NCBI RefSeq assembly: GCF_032191835.1
Contig: NC_083237.1
Coordinates: forward strand, 23,808,001-23,872,000
Direction of reading: 5' to 3'
Length of the DNA stretch: 64,000 nt
Origin: Heteronotia binoei
Taxonomy: Eukaryota
Part shown: piece after piece, positions 12,566-24,310 of the stretch
Layout of the letters: each line of letters opens with the position of its first letter
How positions within the stretch are numbered: the stretch's first letter is position 1
Program-made: the position numbers and the translations under genes
Notes under the pieces: generated by a model
Databases searched by the model: none
Told to the model about the DNA's origin: nothing
The model's input: the letters and a program-made list of their open reading frames with translations, nothing else

Positions 12566-13216
12566 ATGTCGGAGACGGCTCCCGAAGCGCCCGCACCCGC
12601 CGCCCCGGCCGCCAAGGCGCCGGCCAAGAAGAGCAAGAAGGCGGCGGCGGGGGGCGCCTCCAAGCCGCGCAAGGCCTCGGGCCCCAGCGTCACCGAGCTG
12701 CTGACCAAGGCGGTGGCCGCCTCCAAGGAGCGCAACGGCGTGTCCCTGGCCGCCCTCAAGAAGGTCCTGGCGGCCGCCGGCTACGACGTCGAGAAGAACA
12801 ACAGCCGCATCAAGCTGGGCCTCAAGAGCCTCGTCAGCAAAGGCACCCTCGTCCAGACCAAAGGCACCGGCGCCTCCGGCTCCTTCAAGCTCAACAAGAA
12901 GCAGGCCGAGAGCAAGGACAAGGGCGCCAAGAAGAAGCCCGCCCTCAAGCCCAAGAAGCCCGCCGCCAAGAAGCCCGCCAGCGCCGCCAAGAAGCCCAAG
13001 AAGGCGGCTGCCGTCAAGAAGAGCCCCAAGAAACCCGCCAAGAAGCCCGCAGCCGCCAAGAAGGCCACCAAGAGCCCCAAGAAAGCCGCCAAGCCCAAGA
13101 AGGCTGCCAAGAGCCCGGCTAAGCCCAAGGCTGTCAAGGCGAAGGCAAAAGCCAAGCCTAAGACGCCCAAGGCCAAAGTGGCCAAGCCCAAGAAGGCGGC
13201 GCCCAAAAAGAAGTGA
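12566..13216 (+). CDS. H1: Replication-dependent linker histone H1 (copy a), 216 aa
   Basis: Globular domain [12 protein letters not shown]...[19 protein letters not shown] plus Lys/Ala/Pro tail; intronless; stem-loop downstream. Confidence 0.98.
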   Translation: MSETAPEAPAPAAPAAKAPAKKSKKAAAGGASKPRKASGPSVTELLTKAVAASKERNGVSLAALKKVLAAAGYDVEKNNSRIKLGLKSLVSKGTLVQTKGTGASGSFKLNKKQAESKDKGAKKKPALKPKKPAAKKPASAAKKPKKAAAVKKSPKKPAKKPAAAKKATKSPKKAAKPKKAAKSPAKPKAVKAKAKAKPKTPKAKVAKPKKAAPKKK

Positions 13217-13254
13217 GGAGGGGAGAGCGCGCCAGACCTTTTTTAAATCCCAAA

Positions 13255-13295
13255 GGCTCTTTTCAGAGCCACCCACAATGTCCTCAAAAGAGCTG
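13255..13295 (+). terminator. Histone 3' stem-loop and HDE (H1a)
   Basis: GGCTCTTTTCAGAGCC 13255-13270 followed by ACCCA; AAAAGAGCTG 13286-13295. Confidence 0.95.
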
Positions 13296-13609
13296 AGTCC
13301 CTCTCAAGGGTTTGTTGCCCTCCCCCCACCCCCAAACCTGCTCTCCACTGGTCAGAATATCACCAGGAGTTATTCAAACCAACTCTTTTGCTTGGGTGAT
13401 TAAGCAACAGGGTCTTCCTGGGAGCCCAGTAAACTCACCCATTCTTGATACTATTAAGCTTGTTTTGCATAATAATAGACAGGACAGGCGGAGCCCATAA
13501 AGAAGCCTTTCCCCCTTTGGTGGAGTAGGCAGTGGCACCAGACTTGCCCATAAGGCCCTCAAAAGCAGTGGTGAGGGGCTAAAGTCGCACGTATGGGGAG
13601 AGGACCCCA

Positions 13610-13718
13610 ATGCCTCTGCATCACAACCCTGGTGTTCCTCGGAGGTCTCCCATCCACTATTCAAGGGCCGGCCCTGCTCGGTTTCTGGCATCGGACTAGC
13701 CTGGGCTGTTCAGGCCAG
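13610..13718 (-). mobile_element. Degenerate 5S rRNA-derived SINE head
   Basis: GGTGTTCCTCGGAGGTCTCCCATCCA...GGCCCTGCTCGGTTTC aligns to the reverse complement of 5S rRNA with many mismatches; shares the GTTG..ATGCAGAGGCA tail start with 61995-62140. Confidence 0.7.
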
Positions 13719-14256
13719 GACAAAAGAGCTGTCGTCGCCCCCCCCCCCTTAAATATTTCAGTTATCCCTTTTAAGATGCCCTGGGAATATGCAGTTTCAA
13801 CTAGGTAGTTCGCGTTGGTCTGAGCTTCGATTTCAGTAGCACATAAAGACCAAAATGGTTCCCAGGACTTTCAAAAATCAAAGCTCTTTCCAGCACACTT
13901 AGGAATGGACAGAATCCCTAGAGCCCTTCTATCCAGGCAAAATAGGAGGGAGGTTACTGCAAAGAGGATGTACAATACAAAGTGTAACCAGCTGGTTTAG
14001 AACAGAGGGAGAAATAGATTTTTTTTTAAAATTCTTTCGCGTTTTGTTGAACCTTTTAGCGCCGGGAGGAAAGGGAAGGGCAGAAGCCCCCCTCTCAAAC
14101 TCTCCCAACCCCCTTTATAAAATCACAGTAAATCCCCTATGTGCACGTTCAAAAGCGTAGCCCAAGAGTTCACTGCAAGCAATTTGTGCATTACACAGTA
14201 CAAGTACGGAAGCAAAAGCCCCAAACAGCCTTCCCTGGGAGGAAAATGGCGTGTTC

Positions 14257-14297
14257 CAGCACTTTCAAATGGCAATGTAGTGGCTCTTAAAAGAGCC
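14257..14297 (-). terminator. Histone 3' stem-loop and HDE (H3a)
   Basis: GGCTCTTTTAAGAGCC (14282-14297, reverse); GAAAGTGCTG (14257-14266, reverse). Confidence 0.95.
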
Positions 14298-14340
14298 TTT
14301 GGATGATGGAATGAACGCTACAAAAACTGCGAAGAGCGGC

Positions 14341-14787
<447 letters not shown>

Positions 14788-14825
14788 TCAAGCTATAAAA
14801 GAAATGGTGCAGAGAGCGCTGAAAG

Positions 14826-14965
14826 TTATTTATAATCCCGCTCCTCCTTCCCTGATTGGTTGAAATACCTTTCTTTAAAAATTCCCGGGCTCTATATCGA
14901 TTGGAGAAACTGTGTTTCCCGCCTCCTGTCGTCAACGGTTTGTGTTAGCTCCCGACCAATGAAAT
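14826..14965 (-). promoter_or_regulatory. H3a promoter: TATA, CCAAT boxes, CDE/CHR-like cassette
   Basis: Minus strand: CCAATCGATATAGAGCCCGGGAATTTTTAAA (14874-14904), CCAATCAGGG near 14855, TATAAATA near 14828-14835. Confidence 0.8.
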
Positions 14966-15494
14966 GATTGCGCTGCACTCACTCGCTTTGAAACCATTTT
15001 TGTTTTGTTGCAAGTTTTAGTTTCCTACCGACAAAGGAGAACAGTTGCTTCATATTCACAGTTCATCTTGTAGGGAGAAGTCATGAAAAGAGTTATTTGT
15101 AGCACTGAAGTGCAACATGTTACCAATAGTGCTAGTGGGGAGAGTTTTCATAACGCAAGAGCGAAACCCTGTGTGTCTCATGCAAAGTTGCCTGGGAATG
15201 AATGTGAATTCACGGCAGACTATTGATGAGGCACTAGGATCTCGTTTATATGATAGCACATAATTATAATTTCATGTGGGTAGTCGTATTGGTCTTCACA
15301 CCAAGATTCGAGTCCAGTAGTACTTTAAGGAGCAAAAAAATTCCCGGAATATGCACTTTCTAGAGTCAAAGCTCACTTCCTTAGAGTAATTGCTCTTATT
15401 CAGCTTCAGCCATTATGTTAAAACCAGGATTTTGAACTAAGGACTGCCTGTTAAAACGTGAGGGGGGCGGGTTTCAGAGACGACATTAGGGTCT

Positions 15495-16108
15495 GGGTAA
15501 AAGTCGGATCTACACGGATCTTCATGAATTCATATGATTTTTACATTGAAATGAAATCAAACCACTTTAATTCTATAGATCCTGTCTTAGACTATAGGCA
15601 GGACCACAAAAATCATGCCTCCAAGAATTCGTGGCGCCTCAGCAGTGCAAAAACTGGGTTCCAAAGCACGGATCCTCATGAATTCATATGATTTTTATGG
15701 TGAAATGAAATCAAACTATCATGTTGTAGATCCTCTCTTAGGCTATAGGCAGCACCAGAAAAATCATGCCTCCACGAATTTGTGGCACCACAGCACTGAA
15801 AAAAAAAAACATGTTTCCAAACCACGGATCCTCATGATTTTTGCTTTGGGCCATCCCAAGATAACCAGCCAATCACATATCATGTCCATGGGCAGATGCT
15901 GCACCTCAGATGTGGCCCAAAGCAAAAAAACCCGTGCTTTGGAACCCAGTTTTTGCATTGCTGAGGCGCCACGAATTCATGGAGGCATGATTTTTGTGGT
16001 CCTGCCTATAGTCTAAGACAGGATCTATAGAATTAAAGTGGTTTGATTTCATTTCAATGTAAAAATCATATGAATTCATGAAGATCCGTGTAGATCCGAC
16101 TTTTACCC
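15495..16108. mobile_element. Foldback element with long TIRs built of approximately 155-bp subunits
   Basis: 15495-~15671 and ~15932-16108 are reverse complements with 2 mismatches seen; subunits start GGATC(T/C)TCATGA at 15516, 15670 and 15826; no TSD. Confidence 0.75.
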
Positions 16109-16605
16109 TTTTCTTGAAAGGATGGTATTCTGGAGACACTGAATAAACCACAGTCCCCACCCCAGTGGATTGTAAAATTTTGTGAGGAACTGTACGTACA
16201 CACGAAAGGTCCCATCTTAAAACTTTGTTGATCTTAAAAGTGCCACAAGTCTCAAAAATTTGTCCTGTAAACTTCTGAATGTATAATTTAAGATCGGAGT
16301 GGGAGGTGTTGTTCCTTCACAGTAAGTCCTTTTTAGAAATGCTAAAGCAGTTGAGATGCATCTTTTAGACTAGATACTGTAAATTATTATTTTTTATTTT
16401 TAAAAAATCGCCCTCCCACTAAAAAGAAAGATCCTTTGACAGAAGGTGCATATTTTCGTGCCTACGAAAAATATCCTCAATTGAGGTTTCGTAAAGAAGG
16501 AAGGAGTCAAGACAGAAATAAATTTCCGGCGGGTAAGGAGGCGAGGTCTTGTAGCGAATAAGATGACGCAAAGGGGCGGAGGGGAAATCAGTAACTGCCC
16601 CTTCA

Positions 16606-16640
16606 TGTTTTCACTCAGGTCCGACTCAGCGCTATAAAAG
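16606..16640 (+). promoter_or_regulatory. H4a promoter: site II-like element and TATA
   Basis: TTTTCACTCAGGTCCG (GGTCCG core) followed by TATAAAAG. Confidence 0.8.
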
Positions 16641-16699
16641 CAGGCCGGGCAGCTGTGTCGTTTAAACGTGTTTTGTCTTTTTGTGTGGTTAGAGCTTAA

Positions 16700-17026
<327 letters not shown>

Positions 17027-17059
17027 ATTTCTCATACCTGCTTTTTACAAAAACACAAA

Positions 17060-17100
17060 GGCTCTTTTCAGAGCCGCCCATATCTTCCAAAAAGGAGCTG
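17060..17100 (+). terminator. Histone 3' stem-loop and HDE (H4a)
   Basis: GGCTCTTTTCAGAGCC 17060-17075; AAAAGGAGCTG about 17090-17100. Confidence 0.95.
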
Positions 17101-17687
17101 ATTATATTGCTTATCCTGTGTTAAGGTTTTATGTGTTGTCTTTTTCTGTTTCTAAGAAATCCATGCTTTGCTTAGATAAAGGGTCACATCAGTAACTGTT
17201 AAAGGAAGTGTAGCGCTTGGTTGTCGTTAGTTCTAATAGCGTCGGAAGTAGCTACATAATTTTTGTATCGGTCGTAACTTCCGAATAGCTGCTACTTTGT
17301 GCTGTATCAGATCGGTCTTGCCCCATATGTGACTTTTCTGTTCATCGTAACCAGATTAGAAAAAAAATGTAAAAAGCGCCTAGTGGAGTGGTAACAATTT
17401 GCTATTTCCCCAAGTAATTCTCTGTAATGATAGTTTCTTGCTTTGATGCTAAAGCTTTCATTTTTTTTTTTTTGCAACAAGGTGTGTTTTTAACCTTCCT
17501 TCCCCCACCCCCGGGTTCTCAAGGGTTTTTTTTAACCGTCTCTTCTCCCTCTCCCCACTCGTTTTCAAGTCTTACTCGAAGCTGGGTTCACTTCATCCCA
17601 CGGTGGGGGTGGGGAGAAAATGTGATCTGAGCCGTGAACAAAGAAAGCAGAAGCGGTATAGAGAAAAAAAAGTCTTCTAATTTCTGC

Positions 17688-17717
17688 CCAATGACAACGC
17701 AGCGCGGGGAGTTTAAA
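17688..17717 (+). promoter_or_regulatory. Orphan CCAAT-N10-CDE/CHR-like cassette
   Basis: CCAAT GACAACGCAG CGCGG GGAG TTTAAA; same spacing as in the H3 promoters; CpG-retaining surroundings. Confidence 0.5.
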
Positions 17718-18243
17718 TGTTCTATATTCCCTACGTCACAACATTTAGAGTAATCAGGATGATTTCCCTTGAAAATTTGTTTCGTATCGGTTATGCAGAG
17801 ATTTTCTCGGACTGAATGAAAGACACATCTATCTTCTGGGTAGCAATGATACTAATTTTAAAACTGAGCCGCCCCCCCCCCCCCTTTTAAAAGCAATCTT
17901 TAATAGGGCTCACTCCGGGAAAGATATTCAGTCATGAAACTGATACAGACCTACCAAAATCGCAGCAGTATTTCTTGGACAGAGCAGAGAAAAGGTATAT
18001 TTAGTAACTGCCTTAAAGAAGTTAGGTTGCAGTTTTATGCACTCTGACCGGGCAGTTTTGTTAGAACTTTAAAAAGGTAGTCTCGGTGCAAACACCAGTC
18101 GTTTCAGACAGTCTGCCATGAAAACGTGTTGCATCACGTTTTCACGGCATCCTTTTTTAATGATTTTTTTTTCCCTGGAAATTTTACATCTCTAGTCTGG
18201 GGCCGGCCCAGATCACAAGCTTTGACTTTGAAGGAAAAGGAAG

Positions 18244-18396
18244 GAAAGGTCCCTTGTGCAAACAGCAGTCGTTTCCGACTCTGGCACGACGTTGCTTTCA
18301 CAACGTTTTCACGGCAGACTTTTTAGGGGGTGGTTTGCCATTGCCTTCCCCAGTCATCTACACTTTCCCCCCAGCAAGCTGGGTACTCATTTCACC
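18244..18396 (-). mobile_element. 5'-truncated Sauria-type SINE (smaller fragment at about 18075-18150)
   Basis: Reverse-complement BovB-like tail. Confidence 0.85.
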
Positions 18397-18943
18397 TTGT
18401 TGGAACATACTTCGAGGCAAACATGGATAACACCACCCTGCACTACAAGGCATTCATACAGATTTTCTGCCATGTGATGTGAAATAAAACGAGTCTAGTG
18501 ACACCAAATATATTTGTAAAAAAACTTCTAAGAAGTCAGATGCATCCGTTGAAGTAACTGAGTCACGAGAAGTTATGATGAAATAAGTGGCTAGTCTCTA
18601 AAACGTGCACTGCACTCCTTGTATCTCTGCCGCAGCAGAACTAGGCTGCGCGCCTGAAGTCTTCCTTCTGAATAAACAAGCATAAAATTGTCATGCAATC
18701 CTATGCATGCCCAGAAAGGAGTAAGCCTCCTTGTTTTGTTATTGCTCACTTGCAAGCCATTCCCCATTATACGTGGGTTTCTCGATTAATCAAGACATAT
18801 AAATCACGACTCAAATTTTGTGTGTCTTTTGACGACGTTATACTGATTTCTTATTGGTTAATTTAAAAGTCCAATCCTGCTGATTCATTGGTTAGACCTC
18901 CCAAGCGGACAGAAATGTTACCGACCCTTTGTTATCGCTGAAG

Positions 18944-18976
18944 TTTTCACTCTGGTCGGATTCTATACTATATAAA
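18944..18976 (+). promoter_or_regulatory. H4b promoter: site II-like element and TATA
   Basis: TTTTCACTCTGGTCGGATTC followed by TATATAAA. Confidence 0.7.
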
Positions 18977-19037
18977 CACCAGTCTTTTGCTGTTTGTTAT
19001 GTCATACATCGCTTACAGGTAGCTTTGCTTAACTTAG

Positions 19038-19358
<321 letters not shown>

Positions 19359-19395
19359 AGGGTTAGTCTTAAATTCACACCTAAAAACTTTCAAA

Positions 19396-19436
19396 GGCCC
19401 TTTTCAGGGCCGCCTACTTGTACGTGGAAAGAGCTG
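19396..19436 (+). terminator. Histone 3' stem-loop and HDE (H4b)
   Basis: GGCCCTTTTCAGGGCC 19396-19411; GAAAGAGCTG 19427-19436. Confidence 0.95.
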
Positions 19437-19991
19437 TTTTCTTTTTTTTTTGCAGAAGGACCATTTGCAAATCAGGGTTCTATGCCACCGTGATAGATCA
19501 GGGATCACAAATTTCCAGTATTAAAAATGAATTGCTGATTGATAGAGTAAATTTGGAAAATAGTTTATGATTAATTTTATCAAAACGTGCAGCTTTTTTT
19601 TGAAGCTTTAAGGGGGGGTTAATTGTAAAATACTTACGGTTTTTATGTTTCTCTTTTAGGAACTGAAAGTGATAATCTAATTTTCCATTGTAGTGGAGTA
19701 TTTGTTTTTAAAGCATTTAGGGGAGTGCTGTTTGTTTTGCTTTAGTAGACTTAAAAAAACCCCCAAAATGCCATTTATTTATATACAATCTTTCAGCTAG
19801 AAGTTCTTAAGGTGGTTATTAGTAAGCAAAAATTTCAGTTGAAAGCGCTACATTACATTAATATGTCAATAACAATTAGCATTCTGCTAGTGCTATTCAA
19901 ATAATACTCACTGTCCATCTAGCACAAAAGCCTGGAAAACAACCTTCAAAAACACATGGAAGAGTTTTGCCAAGTCCTTCCTTACAGTTAG

Positions 19992-20290
19992 AGAGCCCAG
20001 TGGCGCAGTGTTAAAGCTGCAGTACTGCAGTCCTAAACTCTGCTCACGAGTCATGACCTGAGTTTGATCCCAGCGGAAGCTGGGTTTTCTGGTAGCCGGC
20101 TCGAGGTTGACTCAGCCTTCCATCCTTCCAAGTTAGGTAAAATGAGTACCCTGTTTGCTGGGGGGAAAGTGTAGATGACTGGGGAAGGCAATGGCAAACC
20201 ACCCCATAAAAAGTCTGCCGTGAAAACGTGAGAGCAACTTCACCCCAGAGTCAGAAACGACTGGTGCTTGCACAGGGGAACTTTCCTTTT
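19992..20290 (+). mobile_element. Sauria-type SINE
   Basis: Full-length copy. Confidence 0.9.
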
Positions 20291-20617
20291 CTTCCTTACA
20301 GTTCCCAGGGGAGGGAGTTACAAAGGGGGCAGCAGCCCCCAAAGCTGGTTCCTGGAAGAAGCCCCTGTGGCGTGATCTCAAGCCTCTGGTTAGTTCATAT
20401 GGATAGAAGTGCCCCAGGAGGCTGGATCTTGCAATCTGCAGATGCAAGGATCACAGATGTTTCCCACAACCCCCACTAGTCCTTTGTGGCCTCAGGGAAA
20501 GCTCATTCCTGAGACTGCAAAACCAGCATAGTCTGGCTAGAAAGGTGCAATGCAGAGAAAGGGGCAGAAGGGAAGACTAACTCTGTTCACTGCATATATA
20601 TAAAGGGAAATCTTATA

Positions 20618-20970
20618 CCAGGGGCAGCAAAACTTGCTTAAGGTAAGAGCTACATNNNNNNNNNNNNNNNNNNNNNNNNNNNNNNNNNNNNNNNNNNNNN
20701 NNNNNNNNNNNNNNNNNNNNNNNNNNNNNNNNNNNNNNNNNNNNNNNNNNNNNNNNNNNNNNNNNNNNNNNNNNNNNNNNNNNNNNNGATGGAAAGAAAT
20801 CAACTTTAACTTTAAATGCATTCTCCAAGCTGTCTCGTCTTGGAGAAGTAATTTAAAGAGAGAATGCCTTCTCCAAGCCAACCAATGGAGTGGAGAGGGG
20901 GCTTCAAGAGTCACAATATGTGTGAAAGAGCCACATGTGGCTCCTGAGCCACAGTTTGGCCACCCCTGGT
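20618..20970 (+). mobile_element. hAT MITE containing the assembly gap
   Basis: CAGGGGCAGCAAAACTTGCTTAA start resembles 63947; ends GTTTGGCCACCCCTG. Confidence 0.7.
20656..20787. other. Assembly gap (132 N)
   Basis: Run of N. Confidence 1.
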
Positions 20971-22282
20971 TTAGCATTAGGCTGATATGCTGCTTCACTT
21001 CTGGTGGAAAACTGGAAGTGACATTTTATTGGGAGTGACATCATTTCTGGTTTTGTGCTGGACATGATCTGGGGCATTGATGCAATGTTAAAAAACTTGC
21101 CCCCCCCCAAAAAAAAAAGAAGAAAGAAATATTCTGCCCACAACCCTAATAGGATTGTGTAGATGCCTCCTCCCCAAAAGAAACAGTATAGTTGTTAGGT
21201 GAAGCAGAGAGTGAATTTCCATGTGGAAGTATCTGCATCCTGCATTTGAGTAGAAGAGTACTTCCATGTTAAAGAGCAGTCTAGTTTTCTCAGATGGTTT
21301 CTCAAAAGGAACAGAGGATGAGGGACTCTCTCTCTCTCCCTCTAAAAAAATAAATCAATCCCATGCCTTAAATACTAACACATCTACTATGGCATAGGTT
21401 ATTTTGTGTTCAGATCTCAAGCTAAGGTTTTTTCCACCCACCCACAAACATCCCAGGACATAGGTATGTTGCCCCATTACATTGCAGCTAAATGAACAAA
21501 TTTTGGACCAACACAGCTGCCTACCTGGATCCATTGCAACTAAATGCTTCCTGCACCAGAAGTGAATTTAACAAATAAAAACTTTTGCCACAATGAAACC
21601 TCACATCTTTAAAGTGCTACAGTGCTCTCGGTTATTTTAGTTTCAGTAGATTACTGCCCTCTGGACGGCATCAGTCCGTCTCGCTTGTGGGTTTCTCTGG
21701 GATGTATCTTGGAGTAGGGATGCTTGGTCAAAATGGGGAGGGGGGGGAAGACTACCCCGGTTCTCTCTCCTTTAATCGCATCGCATGTTGAATGTTGCAA
21801 GGCTTTTTTTTTCCATCAAAGGTACAGAAACTCTCTACTCCTTGCAGCTGCACAGCAATAGGGGGGAGGGGTAACGAAGCATATTTTCAGGGATAGGGTC
21901 CTGTGCGCGCTGAAGCCCTGCCTGAACCCCGTGGGACTTACTTCCGAGTAAGCACATGCAAAGGATCGGGCTGCGTGGCTGCTAGAAAGAAGAGCTCTCC
22001 CCCCGCCTCGTCGTATAATGCCTTTTAAAATAACCGAAGGAGAAAGATCCTGGTGGGTGTAGCGGTGTTGGTCTGAAACAGCAGAACAAAATTTGAGTCC
22101 AGTGGCAACTTTTAAGACCAACAAAGTCGTATTCTGGCTATAAGGTTTCGTGTGAACTTAAAGGTTCCAGTGGAGTGAAACTTTATTCAAAGGAGAGAAA
22201 GAGAAGGAAAGAGAGTCGTGGGAGGGGTTAAAGATAGGAAGAGAGAGAACAAAGACTGTAGGGCGGGGAAGAAAAAGGAGAC

Positions 22283-22402
22283 ACCAATCAGAAAGATTTT
22301 ACATCATCGGCCCAATCAATGCAGAGCCCGGGAAATTCAAATATTGTAAACGGTCGCCTCGCTACTCTTAGCCAATGGGACGAGGGGAAGCTAGCTATAA
22401 AG
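22283..22402 (+). promoter_or_regulatory. H3b promoter: three CCAAT boxes, CDE/CHR-like cassette, TATA
   Basis: CCAAT CAATGCAGAG CCCGG GAAA TTCAAA (22312-22341), CCAAT at 22372, TATAAAG at 22396. Confidence 0.8.
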
Positions 22403-22481
22403 AGCCCGCGGAGCAGCTCTACGATTCATTGCTTAACAGAGGATAGCAGAAGGGTTTTGGAAATTGATCCAGGTTAGCTGA

Positions 22482-22895
<414 letters not shown>

Positions 22896-22922
22896 AATCC
22901 CACTGAAATCTAACGACCCAAA

Positions 22923-22963
22923 GGCTCTTTTAAGAGCCACCATATTTTCACTTTAAAGAGCTC
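22923..22963 (+). terminator. Histone 3' stem-loop and HDE (H3b)
   Basis: GGCTCTTTTAAGAGCC 22923-22938; AAAGAGCTC about 22955-22963. Confidence 0.95.
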
Positions 22964-23269
22964 GATTTTGCTATTTTTCCACATCACTTTCCCCTACTGG
23001 CCGCGATTTTTCTCTTAAGTAGGTAGGCTCTGCAACTCGCTTCAAACATTCTCAAGCAATGTAAAACTACCTCGCTTTTCACTTTAAATGCCTGTGCTAG
23101 TTAAGTGCTATAGTAGTAAAGAAAACGGAAGGCAAGGCAAGTAACTTACATTTGAGCATGGAGCTCTGTTTTGGTGAAAGTAACAACGTACTAAGCTAAT
23201 GTAGCCCCTGGGTTGTGAGTGCTTTCCTTAAAGGTTATATCCAAGTGGGCAGGCGTGTTTGTCTGAAGG

Positions 23270-23426
23270 AATAGAACAAAGCAGTAGTCAAGAATCACCT
23301 TTAAGACCAACTCAGTTTTATTCAGGATTTAAGCTTTAGTGTGCTCTAAGCAGACTTCAGGAAAGCTCACATTCTGAATAAAACTGAGTTGGTCTTAAAG
23401 GTGCTGCTTGACTACTTTGTTCTATT
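23270..23426. repeat. Short palindrome, probably inverted Penelope-like terminal-repeat fragments
   Basis: AATAGAACAAA...CACCTTTAAGACCAACTCAGTTTTATTCAG and its reverse complement; related fragments near 15285, 16210, 18540 and 22065. Confidence 0.55.
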
Positions 23427-23786
23427 ACTTAAAGGTATGTTCTCCCTCTGATAAATAGTATATGGTGGGAAGTGCTGTGATTATGGAGGGCTTGGCTTTA
23501 AGGGAAGGCAACAGCGGTGGTCAGCCATTGCCTACCTCTGCCCTGGATTTCCTCGCTGATCTCATGCCCAACTTCTAGCTCCCACATTGCTAACCCTGCT
23601 TAACTCCAGAGATCGGGGCTTCTCCAGCTAGGGGAGGAACAAGCAGAGTGGTAGATTAAGTTAAGGGTTCTGCACGAATCTGTCTCTGGTCATGTTGCTG
23701 CACAGAAACTTCTTTGGGTGAACGTATACCTGCCTGGCTCAATAGTGTACAAAACACATTATTAAGAAGCACTAGAGGGAGCTAGA

Positions 23787-24062
23787 CAAGCCCCGTGGCG
23801 CAGAGTGGTAAAGCTGCAGTCCTAAATTCTGCTCATGATCTGAGTTCAATCCCGGCGGGTTCTCAGGTAGTCGGCTCGAGGTTAACTCGGCCTTCCAAGG
23901 TCGGTAAAACGAGTACCCAGCTTGCTGGGGGGAAAGTGTAGATGTCTGGGGAAGGCAATGGCAAAACCACCCCTTAAAAGTCTGCCGTTGAAACGTGAAA
24001 GCAACGACACCCGAGTCGGAAACCACTGGTGCTTGCACAGGGGGACTACCCTTTACCTTTTT
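23787..24062 (+). mobile_element. Sauria-type SINE in the H3b-H1b spacer
   Basis: Near full-length; imperfect TSD TAGAG(GG)AGCTA. Confidence 0.9.
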
Positions 24063-24214
24063 TAGAGAGCTAATGGGACATGTTCCTGGGCTCCGAGGAA
24101 GAGGGATTTGAGGGTGGAAGGGAGTCGCATTTGTTTAAAGAAGGAAAATTGCTTTTAAGTAATTCTGAGCAGTAAAAAGCAAACAGGAGGGGGCAAAAGA
24201 ATCAGGGAAGGGAT

Positions 24215-24256
24215 TCAGCTCTTTTGAGGACATTGTGGGTGGCTCTGAAAAGAGCC
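24215..24256 (-). terminator. Histone 3' stem-loop and HDE (H1b)
   Basis: GGCTCTTTTCAGAGCC (24241-24256, reverse); AAAAGAGCTG. Confidence 0.95.
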
Positions 24257-24310
24257 TTTGGGATAAGAAACAAGTCTGGCGTCTTCTCCCCTCCGCACGA
24301 GGAAAGATGC

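Noticed and set aside
12023-13276. Long overlapping and antisense ORFs on H1a (370, 194, 149, 141 aa) and their mirrors on H1b
   Set aside because: Expected by-product of extreme GC and Lys/Ala/Pro codon bias; identity between copies just reflects the inverted repeat.
13610-13718. Functional 5S rRNA gene linked to histones
   Set aside because: Too diverged, incomplete ends, no T-run terminator, and it has a SINE-type tail.
15516-15840. CRISPR-like periodicity
   Set aside because: Units of about 155 bp without unique spacers, in a vertebrate genome with no cas genes.
15458-16160. ORFs with the repeated peptide MNSYDFYIEMKSNHF on both strands
   Set aside because: Translation of the palindromic subunit repeat, not a gene.
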